From a virus, in the IMG/VR virus record IMGVR_UViG_3300024339_000005: a stretch of 64,000 bases of DNA. One strand, written 5' to 3'. A program made the position numbers and the translations under genes. Every line of letters begins with the position of its first letter. The stretch's first letter is position 1. This document shows positions 54,868 through 64,000 of the stretch, one piece after another. Under the pieces are notes generated by a model. It searched no databases, had not been told where the DNA came from, and saw only the letters and a list, made by a program, of their open reading frames with translations.

Positions 54868-55606
54868 TAATATCCTCATGGGAAAACGGTCGACCAAATG
54901 TAGCCTTGAATTCCTCTTTCCAGTAGTCTGCATAATCTACATCTTGGCATTCGGCGAATAAAGGAGCCCCAAGCGTATGATGTACTACCATCGGCATCTT
55001 CTCTGGCTTGTCCTGTTCGCCAACTAGAAAGTTGAAATCAAGAGGCAAGTCACCGATATATTCATCGGGGCACCATTCGAATCTGTGTAAGTATTTAGGA
55101 GAGGCAGTCTCAACAACCGTGTTGGTGAGTTGTTTTGTCACAGGGTGATCGCAATTATAAATCGTGAAAGCGGACCATTGTTTCCGTGGGTAAACCGTCT
55201 GTGGTATACCACCCATCTTGTCATCGAACTTCGGTGTATAATCATGCTGTGGGCATTGAATAGCCTTAGACGGATCGAAAGCGTCAAACACTTCCAAAAT
55301 ATTCCGGGTGATAAGCATATCACAATCCATGAACACACCAACGCCCTGATAGCCCATCAAATGTGGCACAAGGAATCGGGTGATAGAAAACTGGGTGCTG
55401 CCCATTGGGTCAATAGGACGGTCACAAATATCATAAGCAAGCAACTGGTCCCGTATGATAGGAAAAATACCAAGTTTCATATTGGTTCGACTACGAATAG
55501 AATGAGCCAACATCTTTGCGGCTTTGTCCTCAAGTGGGTCGTACCCAATAAACACCGCGTCATCACAAAACGGGGCTTCTTCTATATCATCAAAAAATCT
55601 AGTCAT
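54860..55606 (-). CDS. GT-A fold glycosyltransferase (GT8-like)
   Basis: VFIGYD..E, STQFS..RFL.P.L..Y.G...FMDCDML, YPRK.WS, HHTLG.P. Confidence 0.85.
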   Translation of the reverse strand: MTRFFDDIEEAPFCDDAVFIGYDPLEDKAAKMLAHSIRSRTNMKLGIFPIIRDQLLAYDICDRPIDPMGSTQFSITRFLVPHLMGYQGVGVFMDCDMLITRNILEVFDAFDPSKAIQCPQHDYTPKFDDKMGGIPQTVYPRKQWSAFTIYNCDHPVTKQLTNTVVETASPKYLHRFEWCPDEYIGDLPLDFNFLVGEQDKPEKMPMVVHHTLGAPLFAECQDVDYADYWKEEFKATFGRPFSHEDIIN

Positions 55607-56177
55607 TCTCTAATTCTTTCATCAACGTATTGTAGAAAATTCCGTCGGCATTCGTGGCACTCAATTGGTGAAAGCCCTCATGCAATTCATCAAACACAAA
55701 TCTGAAATGTATGTTGGGATTATCTCGGGCATACCAATCAAAATAATGGCAGCGTTTTTGAGAATCCGTCATGGTCGTGCGAACTTTTTTATCGCCGTCG
55801 AACATGTTGGAAATGCTCTGAATACTGTTATACATGAAATCGAAGCCGAGTAAATACAGCCTGGTGTTTCCAGCCTTGATGGCTTCGGCCATAGCATTCA
55901 TGCCGGCATTGGACCTGATGCTAGACGGACCATTATAGCCCTCTAATTCATATTGTTCATGTTCGGGCGGAAAGATACAGCGGTCTTCAGGAAAACCAGC
56001 TTCACGAATCATTTCCTTGCGATAGTCTTCAATCGAAACGGTGAAGTCTGGTATCTCAAAGTTTGGGTATTCCGTGAATAACAGATTGCATCCGTATACT
56101 GTGCCGTATGGTTTCAGGAAGCGGAGGTCAAAGCCTTCACGACTCCGCCCGTTGCCCACTATAAATGCTGTCGTCAT
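55599..56177 (-). CDS. Maf/MptE/sialyltransferase-like nucleotide-binding protein
   Basis: AFIVGNG.SR..FDL..L...G.VYGCN, NAG..A, YLLGFDF. Confidence 0.7.
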   Translation of the reverse strand: MTTAFIVGNGRSREGFDLRFLKPYGTVYGCNLLFTEYPNFEIPDFTVSIEDYRKEMIREAGFPEDRCIFPPEHEQYELEGYNGPSSIRSNAGMNAMAEAIKAGNTRLYLLGFDFMYNSIQSISNMFDGDKKVRTTMTDSQKRCHYFDWYARDNPNIHFRFVFDELHEGFHQLSATNADGIFYNTLMKELEND

Positions 56178-56303
56178 TTTCTTCTAATTCCTCGACATAA
56201 TCAAACAGTTCCTTTTTAGAGAACCTTTTCCGGGTGCCGGTTTCGCGGGGTAGCTTGTTGCTACCCCACTCGTCGTCGTATTCTTTTCGCTGTACTTTTG
56301 ACA

Positions 56304-56714
56304 TTAGTAGGTCAGTAGGCCGGGGAAGGCCTCCCTCACAGTAGCCTCGTTCAGGCCCTTGAGTTTACCGTTTGCCATCGCAATCATCATTTTGGCATCA
56401 TCAGGATGAAGCATTTCAAGCGTATCCACCCACAATTTCTCACGACGATTCGGCGCTAGATTTGGTGCACCGCCCTCGACAAACACATAGAGTTTTCGAA
56501 CTTGACCCCATAGATTTTCTTCGGCGTCATGTGGCTCGTTCACCACATAAGGTGGCTCACCATCTGGAAGCAACCACTTGATGTTTGGGTTAACCCAATA
56601 GGCACAGAACTCCCGAAATGTCGGGTTGTCGTTCTTGCGTAGAATCTCAATCTTCTTGGTATTGCTGCGGCACTTCTTTAAGTCAGCCGCAATTTCTGCT
56701 AGTAATGGTTTCAT
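56304..56714 (-). CDS. Conserved T4-like phage protein (DUF6433-like)
   Basis: KI..LR, W.LP.G.PPY, RKLY.FV.GG, RRE......LE.LHP.DA, V..AFP.L. Confidence 0.75.
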   Translation of the reverse strand: MKPLLAEIAADLKKCRSNTKKIEILRKNDNPTFREFCAYWVNPNIKWLLPDGEPPYVVNEPHDAEENLWGQVRKLYVFVEGGAPNLAPNRREKLWVDTLEMLHPDDAKMMIAMANGKLKGLNEATVREAFPGLLTY

Positions 56715-57577
56715 TGGAAGTCCCTTATGTCCTTCATTAAATGTTTCAATTTGTTGGTGATGAAATAACTGAACAGGTCACCCGTAGGCTTATGTTCGGT
56801 ATTATATTGCTTCATCACTTGGTGTTTCACGTTGTCGGGTACAAGCGCAAGGTCAATAAGAGCCTCGTTTCGCTTCCAACCACGTAGCATTTTCTCGTCA
56901 CAAAAATCTTCTGGCGCCTGATTAATCCATTTGCCAATCTTGACTTTGCCTAGAGTTTTCTTAACGCCACTATCTTCAACAAGGCAGTTATCGTCGGAAA
57001 GGAAGTTGGGTATGCCATCGCCCTTATCGCCTGCCATGATATGCTCCCTAAGATAGCGTTCCGGGTTTTTCTCTTTAACCCATTTCTTTTGAATAGGGGA
57101 GTATTGATCCACGTTGGAAAATTTCTGAAGTTGTACGAAATCCTTGTCAGAACTCAAGATCAGAATGGGCTCTCCGCCGCCGAATTCAATTCCGAATTCA
57201 TAGCATAGAGTACCAATGCAGTCGTCAGCCTCGGCATGTTCAACTTGAATCATTTTCCAGGGGAAGTGGTTGCGAACTTCATCACGCACCTTATTGAGAA
57301 TGCGGAACAGTTCCTGCCAATCAATGGTATCTTTGTCTTGGGTACCTTTACGACCAGCCTTGTAATAGGGGAACATTTCCTTGCGCCAGTAATGGCGATC
57401 GTCGGCACAGATAATCATTTCACCGTATTTGTCGCCGAACTTGCGTTTGTACGAGCGAAGCCCATTCAACACCATATGGCGTATCATGCCTTCATCAAGG
57501 GCGTTGTCACTCCCACCAAAACGCATTTGCATAAAAATATTCGAAATCATCACTTGGTTTATATCAACGAGAATCAT
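56711..57577 (-). CDS. rnh: T4-type RNase H / 5'-3' exonuclease
   Basis: MILVD.NQ, IRHM.LN, YWR...FPYYK..R, EADD.I, ILSSDKDF.QL, GD.GDGIPN.LS.D. Confidence 0.95.
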   Translation of the reverse strand: MILVDINQVMISNIFMQMRFGGSDNALDEGMIRHMVLNGLRSYKRKFGDKYGEMIICADDRHYWRKEMFPYYKAGRKGTQDKDTIDWQELFRILNKVRDEVRNHFPWKMIQVEHAEADDCIGTLCYEFGIEFGGGEPILILSSDKDFVQLQKFSNVDQYSPIQKKWVKEKNPERYLREHIMAGDKGDGIPNFLSDDNCLVEDSGVKKTLGKVKIGKWINQAPEDFCDEKMLRGWKRNEALIDLALVPDNVKHQVMKQYNTEHKPTGDLFSYFITNKLKHLMKDIRDFQ

Positions 57578-57864
57578 TTTTCAGTCCTAGTAATAATAAA
57601 TTGGCCATCCTTTGGGATTGGTCCATAAAACTTAATCGTGCCATCACCTGACGGAACATAATCGGGATCGGACTGGTATTTTTTACCGTCGAACCACACA
57701 GACAAAGAAAAGGGTTCAGTACCGAATCCCCATTCTGCAAAGTCTTGGGTCAAATGACTCTTGCTTCCCCAAAATTTAGAGGCCTTCGCGGGTAACGTCA
57801 TCAACACAGGTACAGCCGCGATAGTCGCAAACAACCCTGTTAAAAAATTTCTGCGTTTCATCAT
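57574..57864 (-). CDS. Protein with twin-arginine (Tat)-like signal peptide
   Basis: MKRRNFLTGLFATIAAVPVL...AKA. Confidence 0.6.
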   Translation of the reverse strand: MMKRRNFLTGLFATIAAVPVLMTLPAKASKFWGSKSHLTQDFAEWGFGTEPFSLSVWFDGKKYQSDPDYVPSGDGTIKFYGPIPKDGQFIITRTEK

Positions 57865-57895
57865 ATTACGATCATACACCAATTATTTCATTATG

Positions 57896-58303
57896 TCAAG
57901 TAAAATCTGGGTCTTCTTCTTCATTTTGTAAATATTCTTCGAATTCCTCATCAAAATAGTCTGGCAATTCTTCATCACCAAAGTATCCGGCTTGGTTTTC
58001 GTACATATCATCCATGAGGCTGTGAAGCGGGTGGTCTATATCGACATTGCGATACATCGCGCACCTTATCATTTCCATCACAATTGAAAAGTCCTCGCCG
58101 CATTTCTGGTCGAAGACATTGATACCAATCATAGCAAAACTGTTCATCAAAGCCCCGCCAATCTGGTCCACCGAAGCGTCCAGATAGCGTTGCTTATTCA
58201 TTTGTAGGTCTTGCTTATCAGGTTCCGATAGCGCGTTCTCAATACTCTTGATGGCGTGTATCGGAAACTGTACCACATTGTCAGTCATACAAACACCTTT
58301 CAT
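57896..58303 (-). CDS. Conserved hypothetical protein
   Basis: NVVQFP...E.IR..MYR.....HPL; late promoter TATAAATA at 58312-58319. Confidence 0.65.
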   Translation of the reverse strand: MKGVCMTDNVVQFPIHAIKSIENALSEPDKQDLQMNKQRYLDASVDQIGGALMNSFAMIGINVFDQKCGEDFSIVMEMIRCAMYRNVDIDHPLHSLMDDMYENQAGYFGDEELPDYFDEEFEEYLQNEEEDPDFT

Positions 58304-58314
58304 TGTGCTTGTAT

Positions 58315-58515
58315 TTATATGTCCCCGCGGTACAATTCTTGATAAGCCTGTTTCCAGGCACGTTTTTCCTCGACCAGTTCATTACCAGCCCTCAGGAGGT
58401 CGTCACGTCGCCACCGAAGAAACTCGATTTCCTTCCGCAGTTCTTTATGGTATTGGTCAAATGCCCATGACATAACCGACATATACTGCCGTTGGTCTTT
58501 CAGAACATCATTCAT
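58315..58515 (-). CDS. Hypothetical coiled-coil protein
   Basis: Coupled ORF. Confidence 0.45.
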   Translation of the reverse strand: MNDVLKDQRQYMSVMSWAFDQYHKELRKEIEFLRWRRDDLLRAGNELVEEKRAWKQAYQELYRGDI

Positions 58516-58711
58516 CAGGAATCTCCGAAATGGCTTTCAGCAACTTGTCGCGGGCGGTGATTACCGCATCACGCGAATGTTTCCACTCTGTGGTTACCCC
58601 TGGCACTGTATTTCGTACAGCATCAACGATGGTATTGAAGTGCCTGGCTCCGCCAGATAACACCTCGACACAAGCGGCTAGTTCTCGCTTTTCACGTTTG
58701 TCCATCACCAT
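58508..58711 (-). CDS. Hypothetical protein
   Basis: Coupled ORF. Confidence 0.45.
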   Translation of the reverse strand: MVMDKREKRELAACVEVLSGGARHFNTIVDAVRNTVPGVTTEWKHSRDAVITARDKLLKAISEIPDE

Positions 58712-59079
58712 TGCTCCTTCAATTGTTGTGCATCACCTGGGTCTAACCATAATGTCAGACTTTCGCCAGACTTGAAATGAACAACCGCAACGACGATATC
58801 CATTTCCTCATAAGTCTTTTTGTGTGGTGTCACCGTTACATCAGCCTTGAACCACAGCCAGACTCTCTGTCTTTCTGTGACTCTTTCTTGCTCGGTGAAT
58901 ACATCGGTATCCTTAGTCGCCTCGGCAAACGTCATGCTTTCGACTTCTTTGAGATCAATATCAGCCACATACTTTGGTACTTTTGTACCTATGTGGTATG
59001 CATCAAAAGAAAAAGCACCAGGGTATCCACCCCAATGATTGACGCGGGCTTGCTCATAAGCTACAACAGAATATTTCAT
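58705..59079 (-). CDS. Hypothetical protein
   Basis: SD AAGGAAGG. Confidence 0.55.
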   Translation of the reverse strand: MKYSVVAYEQARVNHWGGYPGAFSFDAYHIGTKVPKYVADIDLKEVESMTFAEATKDTDVFTEQERVTERQRVWLWFKADVTVTPHKKTYEEMDIVVAVVHFKSGESLTLWLDPGDAQQLKEQW

Positions 59080-59370
59080 TTTCCTTCCTTACATTTCTCG
59101 ACATTTTGTGGGGCTGTGGTATATTCTTTTGGCATCTTCGACGCCGCCCAAATCGGAACAATAATAAGAGTGGTGAATACAACAGCCGCCACCGTTAATT
59201 TGAATCCAAGTGTATTCATCATTTTCTTTTCTTCACATTAATCCATCGCTTGACAAATTCCCAAAATGGGGTGGTACGGGCACAGGATGGGCATTGATAA
59301 TTTTCATCCAATACAGTAACGTCCCAGCAAGTCATGCATGTTAGACGGTCGTCCATAATTTCTTTTTCAA

Positions 59371-60516
59371 TCATTTTTCAACCCTCAAGATAATGGTATC
59401 CTTGTTGATACGCCCGTTAGGCTTACCAGGTTTGGTCGTCAAATCAGGAATCAACTTGCGCCGGACAATCTTGCCACCCGTAAGGGCTTTAGGCAGGACT
59501 TCATCCGGCTTACGAACAGCTTTGTGTTCGCTTTGCTTTTCATCCCAGTTTTTCAGTGTTGAACCTTTGACGGTCAGTCCACCACGGTCAAGTGCGACAA
59601 ACTTTGAAATCGACTTGTACTTGGTGTTGAAAATCCAAAGTTCGGAAGCACCGATGATTTTTTCAGGATTGACAGAAACCAACTTGTAGTTCTTATCCTC
59701 AACCTGATACTTCAGATCTTTGACAAGAGAGCCAGTGGTCTTCACTTTGGCCTTCTTGGGTTTACGAGCGACTTTTGCAGATTTCACCATCATGTTGGCG
59801 TCGTCAACAAGATCCTGAATGAACTTAATATACCGCGTCAATTCTCGCGGCTTGATAAAACTGAAAGCCTCGTTCAAGTCGTCGTCTTTTTTGCCTTTGA
59901 CTTCAACCAATTCGACAAGCAACGGCTCATAGAAAGCGGCTATCTTGCCAGCTTGCATAGCTTTGACTTGATTCTTTTGGAGGTAATCATAAGCCTTGAA
60001 TTCAGACTTGTAATCGTTTTCCACAAAAGCGTCAACTTCAACCTCGAGGCCAGCAATCAATTCTGAAACTTGTTCGCGGATACGCTCTTGAATGTTGGGC
60101 TTGTAAACCTTCGCCTCTTTTTTCTCGACCTTCTTTTTGGTCTTCACAGCGATTTTACCCTTTTCAACCAACTTCGCAGAAAGGTTTGAAATACGAGTCA
60201 TGCTATGGGCATCAAGTTCAGCGCCGTTGTTGGCGATCCAGCATTGCTTACCGATAGCAAAAAATTCCCAATCGGGTAAAACTTTCAAAGCCGCTGTATC
60301 TGTTTTGTTGGGGTCAAGATATTTTATGACCTCCTTTTTCAAAACAGCTTTGTCGAGAATCACGCCTGCATAGTTCAATGCCCAATGATATGCGTTGGCA
60401 TACTTGGGATTGTCTAAGGTCAATTCTGACCAATCAGGTGCTTTGTAGTTTCCGATATCAGACGCCTTGGTCCCACGGAATACTGCCTTCTTTTTCGCTT
60501 TTTTGGGTAATGCCAT
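59371..60516 (-). CDS. Conserved T4-like phage hypothetical protein
   Basis: IQERIRE, DL.EA.S, SV.P.KIIGA..LW.FNTK.K, KG.TL, RKP...L, NGRIN...I.L. Confidence 0.75.
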   Translation of the reverse strand: MALPKKAKKKAVFRGTKASDIGNYKAPDWSELTLDNPKYANAYHWALNYAGVILDKAVLKKEVIKYLDPNKTDTAALKVLPDWEFFAIGKQCWIANNGAELDAHSMTRISNLSAKLVEKGKIAVKTKKKVEKKEAKVYKPNIQERIREQVSELIAGLEVEVDAFVENDYKSEFKAYDYLQKNQVKAMQAGKIAAFYEPLLVELVEVKGKKDDDLNEAFSFIKPRELTRYIKFIQDLVDDANMMVKSAKVARKPKKAKVKTTGSLVKDLKYQVEDKNYKLVSVNPEKIIGASELWIFNTKYKSISKFVALDRGGLTVKGSTLKNWDEKQSEHKAVRKPDEVLPKALTGGKIVRRKLIPDLTTKPGKPNGRINKDTIILRVEK

Positions 60517-60526
60517 AATCTCTCTC

Positions 60527-60790
60527 CTAAAGAGTTGCTGTCAGATTGAATTCCGACATAAAATCTCCAGCGCCATAAGTGCTAAACATTTCGCCCTCAC
60601 CGCCATGAACTTTAACGAACGCCCAAACTTCATCGGCCATTTCAGCCGTGACATAGGCATAAAAGCAACTTGATTCACAATCCGTTTCAACATTATCGCC
60701 GAACGTGTTTTGAACCAGTTCACCCAGTTCATAATTACAAACATCGCCAGCGGCACAGCCAGAAACCAACATCGTGTATTCTTTAGTCAT
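60527..60790 (-). CDS. Early hypothetical protein
   Basis: First gene behind a promoter copy. Confidence 0.55.
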   Translation of the reverse strand: MTKEYTMLVSGCAAGDVCNYELGELVQNTFGDNVETDCESSCFYAYVTAEMADEVWAFVKVHGGEGEMFSTYGAGDFMSEFNLTATL

Positions 60791-60811
60791 TTGTTCTCTC
60801 TTTTGTTACAA

Positions 60812-60856
60812 TTGATCTTACTATCTGATCATGCACTATTTCTGACCAAATGTCAA
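60812..60856 (-). promoter_or_regulatory. Repeated early promoter element, copy 6
   Basis: Same motif. Confidence 0.85.
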
Positions 60857-61025
60857 CCCCTAATCGCAACAATTTTCGAAATTAAATTGCACAACCTGGT
60901 CGATAGAATTCTGCATAATTACAACTTGGGCTTCAAGGTCGTTTATTCTTACAACCGATACCCACAACACCACCGCCATGAAAGCCACCATCGCAGAGAA
61001 AATAACACCTTCAATTCTACTCATT

Positions 61026-61751
61026 TCAAATCTCCACAGTTGTATAATCGCGGAATTCACGGTCATTGGTATGTTCGCCAGGATATCCAGCGGGGTTACA
61101 AACGACTCGGGTATCACCAATCATATAGTCGAACGAATTATGAACGTGCCCATGAATCCACAGAGCAGGATTATGGTCCAGCATGATATCGGTCAGGTCA
61201 GAATAGAAAGCACCGTTCAGACCAGACTTTCTGAAATGCTCCGAGATCGAACCGTAGCAAGGTGCGTGGTGCGTTACCACAACGTCACCAGGTTTCACAA
61301 AAGCATCCAGCCAAATCTTAGAAACATTCCAAATCCGCATGGCGTCTTCAGCCATGAAACGGTTGTCACCATCTGTAATCATTCGATGGTCGTTCATCAC
61401 ATTGTTGGCTTCGTTCATTTCCAGAGGGTTGCCACCGTTGTAGTCGGTCCACATGGTCGCGCCATGAAAAGTCACGCCTTCGATTTCCACCGACTCACGA
61501 TTCAGAACGTGGACTCTTGGGTCCAGTGAATTGCGAATCATTGTTTCAGTGAATCCGATATCACCACCATAAAACTCATGGTTGCCCAGAACATAAACGA
61601 TATGTTCATGTGGCAGTTGGTTGATCCAGGTGACTTCATCACCCATAGTAATGTCGCCAGCAAGCACTAGAACGTCACCTTCGACAGGCGGCACTGGTCT
61701 GGTGTAGTTCGTAAACTCGATATGTAGATCACTTAAATATTGGATTTTCAC
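61026..61751 (-). CDS. Metallophosphoesterase (calcineurin-like)
   Basis: SDLH, LAGDI, GNHE, VVTHHAP, WIHGH.H, NP.GY. Confidence 0.92.
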   Translation of the reverse strand: MKIQYLSDLHIEFTNYTRPVPPVEGDVLVLAGDITMGDEVTWINQLPHEHIVYVLGNHEFYGGDIGFTETMIRNSLDPRVHVLNRESVEIEGVTFHGATMWTDYNGGNPLEMNEANNVMNDHRMITDGDNRFMAEDAMRIWNVSKIWLDAFVKPGDVVVTHHAPCYGSISEHFRKSGLNGAFYSDLTDIMLDHNPALWIHGHVHNSFDYMIGDTRVVCNPAGYPGEHTNDREFRDYTTVEI

Positions 61752-62095
61752 GTTACATTGCTTTCAGTTTTGCAGCCACATAATCGACAGCATGAATGCC
61801 ATAAATCTTTCGCACTTGATGTAGAATCAGGGACCAGACGTAACCTTGATCTATAAGGCCCTCAACATATTCGTCAATGCCCATTTGCCAATCGCTAACT
61901 TTACTCATAGACCCATTCCTACTTCATCAGTTTCAACAGGGTGACAGGCAGTTTGAACGCCCGAAACATCCAGGGCAGCCATTACAGCTTGGCGAGCATT
62001 ATCAGCAACCACGTTCACAGCTTGGGAAACAATGCCAACGCTGTTGTTACATCGCTCCATACCAGCTTGCCAAGTTACTCGCACATTCCAAAATC

Positions 62096-62332
62096 TCATT
62101 CTGCGACCTCCGTCACTCGACCAGCCCATTCACCGAAATAAACATGAAGGGGAACATAAACGCTTTCACGCGGGTTTTCAGGATAACAAGTATCTTCTGT
62201 TACCGTGATTGTATAGGTGCCACCAGACAGGTCAGTGATTATACCTTCAACGTATAATTCACCAATTTCCTCGCGGGGTTGAAAATCATAGGCGCGAATC
62301 TTAGAACCCAGTGCAAACATATTTTCTAACAT
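62096..62332 (-). CDS. Early hypothetical protein
   Basis: G..IRAYDF.P......YVEG; first gene behind a promoter copy. Confidence 0.6.
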   Translation of the reverse strand: MLENMFALGSKIRAYDFQPREEIGELYVEGIITDLSGGTYTITVTEDTCYPENPRESVYVPLHVYFGEWAGRVTEVAE

Positions 62333-62353
62333 AATCTCTCTTTTCTCTGTTAG

Positions 62354-62398
62354 TTGATCTTACTATTTGATCATGCACTATTTCTGACCAAATGTCAA
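62354..62398 (-). promoter_or_regulatory. Repeated early promoter element, copy 7
   Basis: Same motif. Confidence 0.85.
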
Positions 62399-62401
62399 CC
62401 C

Positions 62402-62689
62402 CTAATCGTGATTTTTACCAAACTTTTTATGCATTTTCCGGGCTGCATCAGCCGTTTGCATCAGTGGTGCAATCACCAATAGATATTCCTGGGCTTCTTT
62501 CTCGTCCCAGGCTGCCATTTCGGTATTATATTGCCACATAAGAGCCTTCTCCATTTCATCAAAGAAGTCGGCCATAACGTCGAAGCGCAGTCTGGCGACC
62601 ATTGTCGCCATGTCAGCCATGGATACGTCTATTGCGGTTTCGCCGTCTTGCAATTGTAGTTCGGGTGTTTCACTTGTCTTGGTTGTCAT
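62402..62689 (-). CDS. Hypothetical protein
   Basis: SD AAGGA. Confidence 0.5.
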   Translation of the reverse strand: MTTKTSETPELQLQDGETAIDVSMADMATMVARLRFDVMADFFDEMEKALMWQYNTEMAAWDEKEAQEYLLVIAPLMQTADAARKMHKKFGKNHD

Positions 62690-62787
62690 TGTCGATTCCT
62701 TTAGTTTTCCAGTATTCTTTTATGTCTTTTTTGTTTTTCGGGCTGAGGTTCATATCCCACATATCCTCGGCTACCATCTGTTCTAGG

Positions 62788-63765
62788 TCACCCATTGTCA
62801 GCCGCCTTCAAAATCATTTCCCATTCATTCTTTCGTATATCCCACGAATAGAATTGGTCGGTATATGTTTTCTGTATATTCAAGAAATTTTCAATTCCAT
62901 CTGCCCGACAATTCACGATAGCTCCCGCAAGAGTGTTCGCAAACGTCTGGGCGTGTCTGTTGATATTTTCATCCCATTGATAACCCCACGCGAAGTTTGC
63001 AGTGGTTTCTGGTAGTGCAGCCAGATTCGGGCATACGATAATATTCTTGGCTGTCATTGCTTCCATCGCCGCAATGCATGAAGTCTCCTGCCAGATGCTT
63101 GGGTACGCAAAGATATGCGATTTGGTTAGAGCCTTGCGGATCACTGAATTTGGTTGTGCGCCATGATATGTGATTTTCGGGTGGTCGCGGCATTGTTGGA
63201 ACAACGGCTCATATTCCGCATCCCGTTCGCCCCAGCCATATACATTGAAACTTGAGTAAACATCAAGGTGAATATCAAACTGTTCAGCCAAAGACAAAAA
63301 CACGGGCACTAGAATATTCAACCCGCGGTGTGGCGTCGTATGATAAATGATGTTGATTGTGCCTTGGGGCTTCGGTACGTCTATGATAGGATAGATGGCA
63401 TTCTTCAACACGACCGATTGGCTCGGTGGAACACCCAAGAAATATTCATATTCCTGACGTTGCCAATTTGATACGAAAATCAATTTCTCGAATCTGTCGC
63501 GGCTTTCCTTATCTTTTAGATGCTCCGCTTCCGGGTCTCTCGCCAAATCATGGCACCAAAGAAACTTTGGCTTATCATCGAGGTCACGAACCCGCGACGA
63601 GATAATTTGAAACTTATCAAGCAAGTCGTTATCTACATTTTCATAGAGCCACTTGCGTTGTAATTCCGTTCCGCCCATAGCGTTATCGGTTGGCGTGGGA
63701 TCGTTTGTTCCATCAAACGAAAACACACCGGGCTGTTGTTGCAGCCCAGTTATCTTTAGTGCCAT
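62788..63765 (-). CDS. GT-B glycosyltransferase (GT4-like)
   Basis: GGTE, W.HDL, FVS.WQ, IYH.TP.RGL, YPS.W.ETSCI..MEAM. Confidence 0.88.
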   Translation of the reverse strand: MALKITGLQQQPGVFSFDGTNDPTPTDNAMGGTELQRKWLYENVDNDLLDKFQIISSRVRDLDDKPKFLWCHDLARDPEAEHLKDKESRDRFEKLIFVSNWQRQEYEYFLGVPPSQSVVLKNAIYPIIDVPKPQGTINIIYHTTPHRGLNILVPVFLSLAEQFDIHLDVYSSFNVYGWGERDAEYEPLFQQCRDHPKITYHGAQPNSVIRKALTKSHIFAYPSIWQETSCIAAMEAMTAKNIIVCPNLAALPETTANFAWGYQWDENINRHAQTFANTLAGAIVNCRADGIENFLNIQKTYTDQFYSWDIRKNEWEMILKAADNG

Positions 63766-63774
63766 TATATTTCC

Positions 63775-64000
63775 TTATTCACCACCACAGCCGAGGTCAA
63801 AACCATCGGCAAATCCTTCTTCATAACCTTCGTCCCAACCCACACCGAAATCCTCGTCATCGTGCAATCGTCTTTCTTCGGCTCCACCATCTAGGAAACC
63901 TTCGTCATAGCCTACATCCCGACCATCTTCATACGATTGTCGGACTTCTTCATCGGCGTCACCTTCACCTTCGGCATGACCACGGTTAAAAGCCTCGTCA
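63775..64000 (-). CDS. Partial acidic protein with GY/F.EG repeats (FliH-like low complexity); start lies beyond the window
   Basis: ...SYEDGRDVGYDEGFLDG...GWDEGYEEGFADG...*. Confidence 0.5.
   Translation of the reverse strand, partial: DEAFNRGHAEGEGDADEEVRQSYEDGRDVGYDEGFLDGGAEERRLHDDEDFGVGWDEGYEEGFADGFDLGCGGE

Noticed and set aside
44871-62398. Repeated 45-bp motif as a CRISPR array
   Set aside because: Copies are 0.4-7.5 kb apart, contain -35/-10 boxes and precede genes.

Overview
64 kb of a T4-like (Tevenvirinae/Kyanoviridae-type gene order) myovirus. The host is probably an alphaproteobacterium, inferred from a two-piece permuted tmRNA with an ANDN...AA tag. 1-39.3 kb is the late virion module: neck gp13/gp14, two paralogous tail-fibre/LamG receptor-binding cassettes, a VrlC-like 2067-aa protein, baseplate gp8/7/6/25/5.4/5/27-like/53/48, then gp4, gp2, gp54-like, gp26/gp51 and a tape-measure-like protein. 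It is driven by TATAAATA late promoters and carries five free-standing homing endonucleases. 39.3-64 kb is a minus-strand early/middle region: gp32, gp59, gp33, RNase H, a Cas4-like nuclease, a SleB-type hydrolase, a radical-SAM/glycosyltransferase cluster and many small ORFs behind a 7-copy ~45-bp promoter element. Main observations: (i) a translationally coupled lipoprotein + MotA/ExbB-like + ExbD/MotB-like + membrane-protein operon, i.e. a phage-borne ion-motive stator-like system; (ii) a start-less gp51 frame reachable by a -1 slip on GGG-TTT-TTT at the end of gp26, as in tail-assembly-chaperone frameshifts; (iii) a phage tmRNA with overlapping early and late promoters; (iv) a ~240-nt structured ncRNA candidate with its own promoter and terminator; (v) a probable ATC start codon for gp2, an antisense promoter inside the baseplate operon, two tandem palindromic repeats, and a broken C-terminal repeat tail on gp7. 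All family assignments come from motif recognition and synteny by eye; no searches were run.
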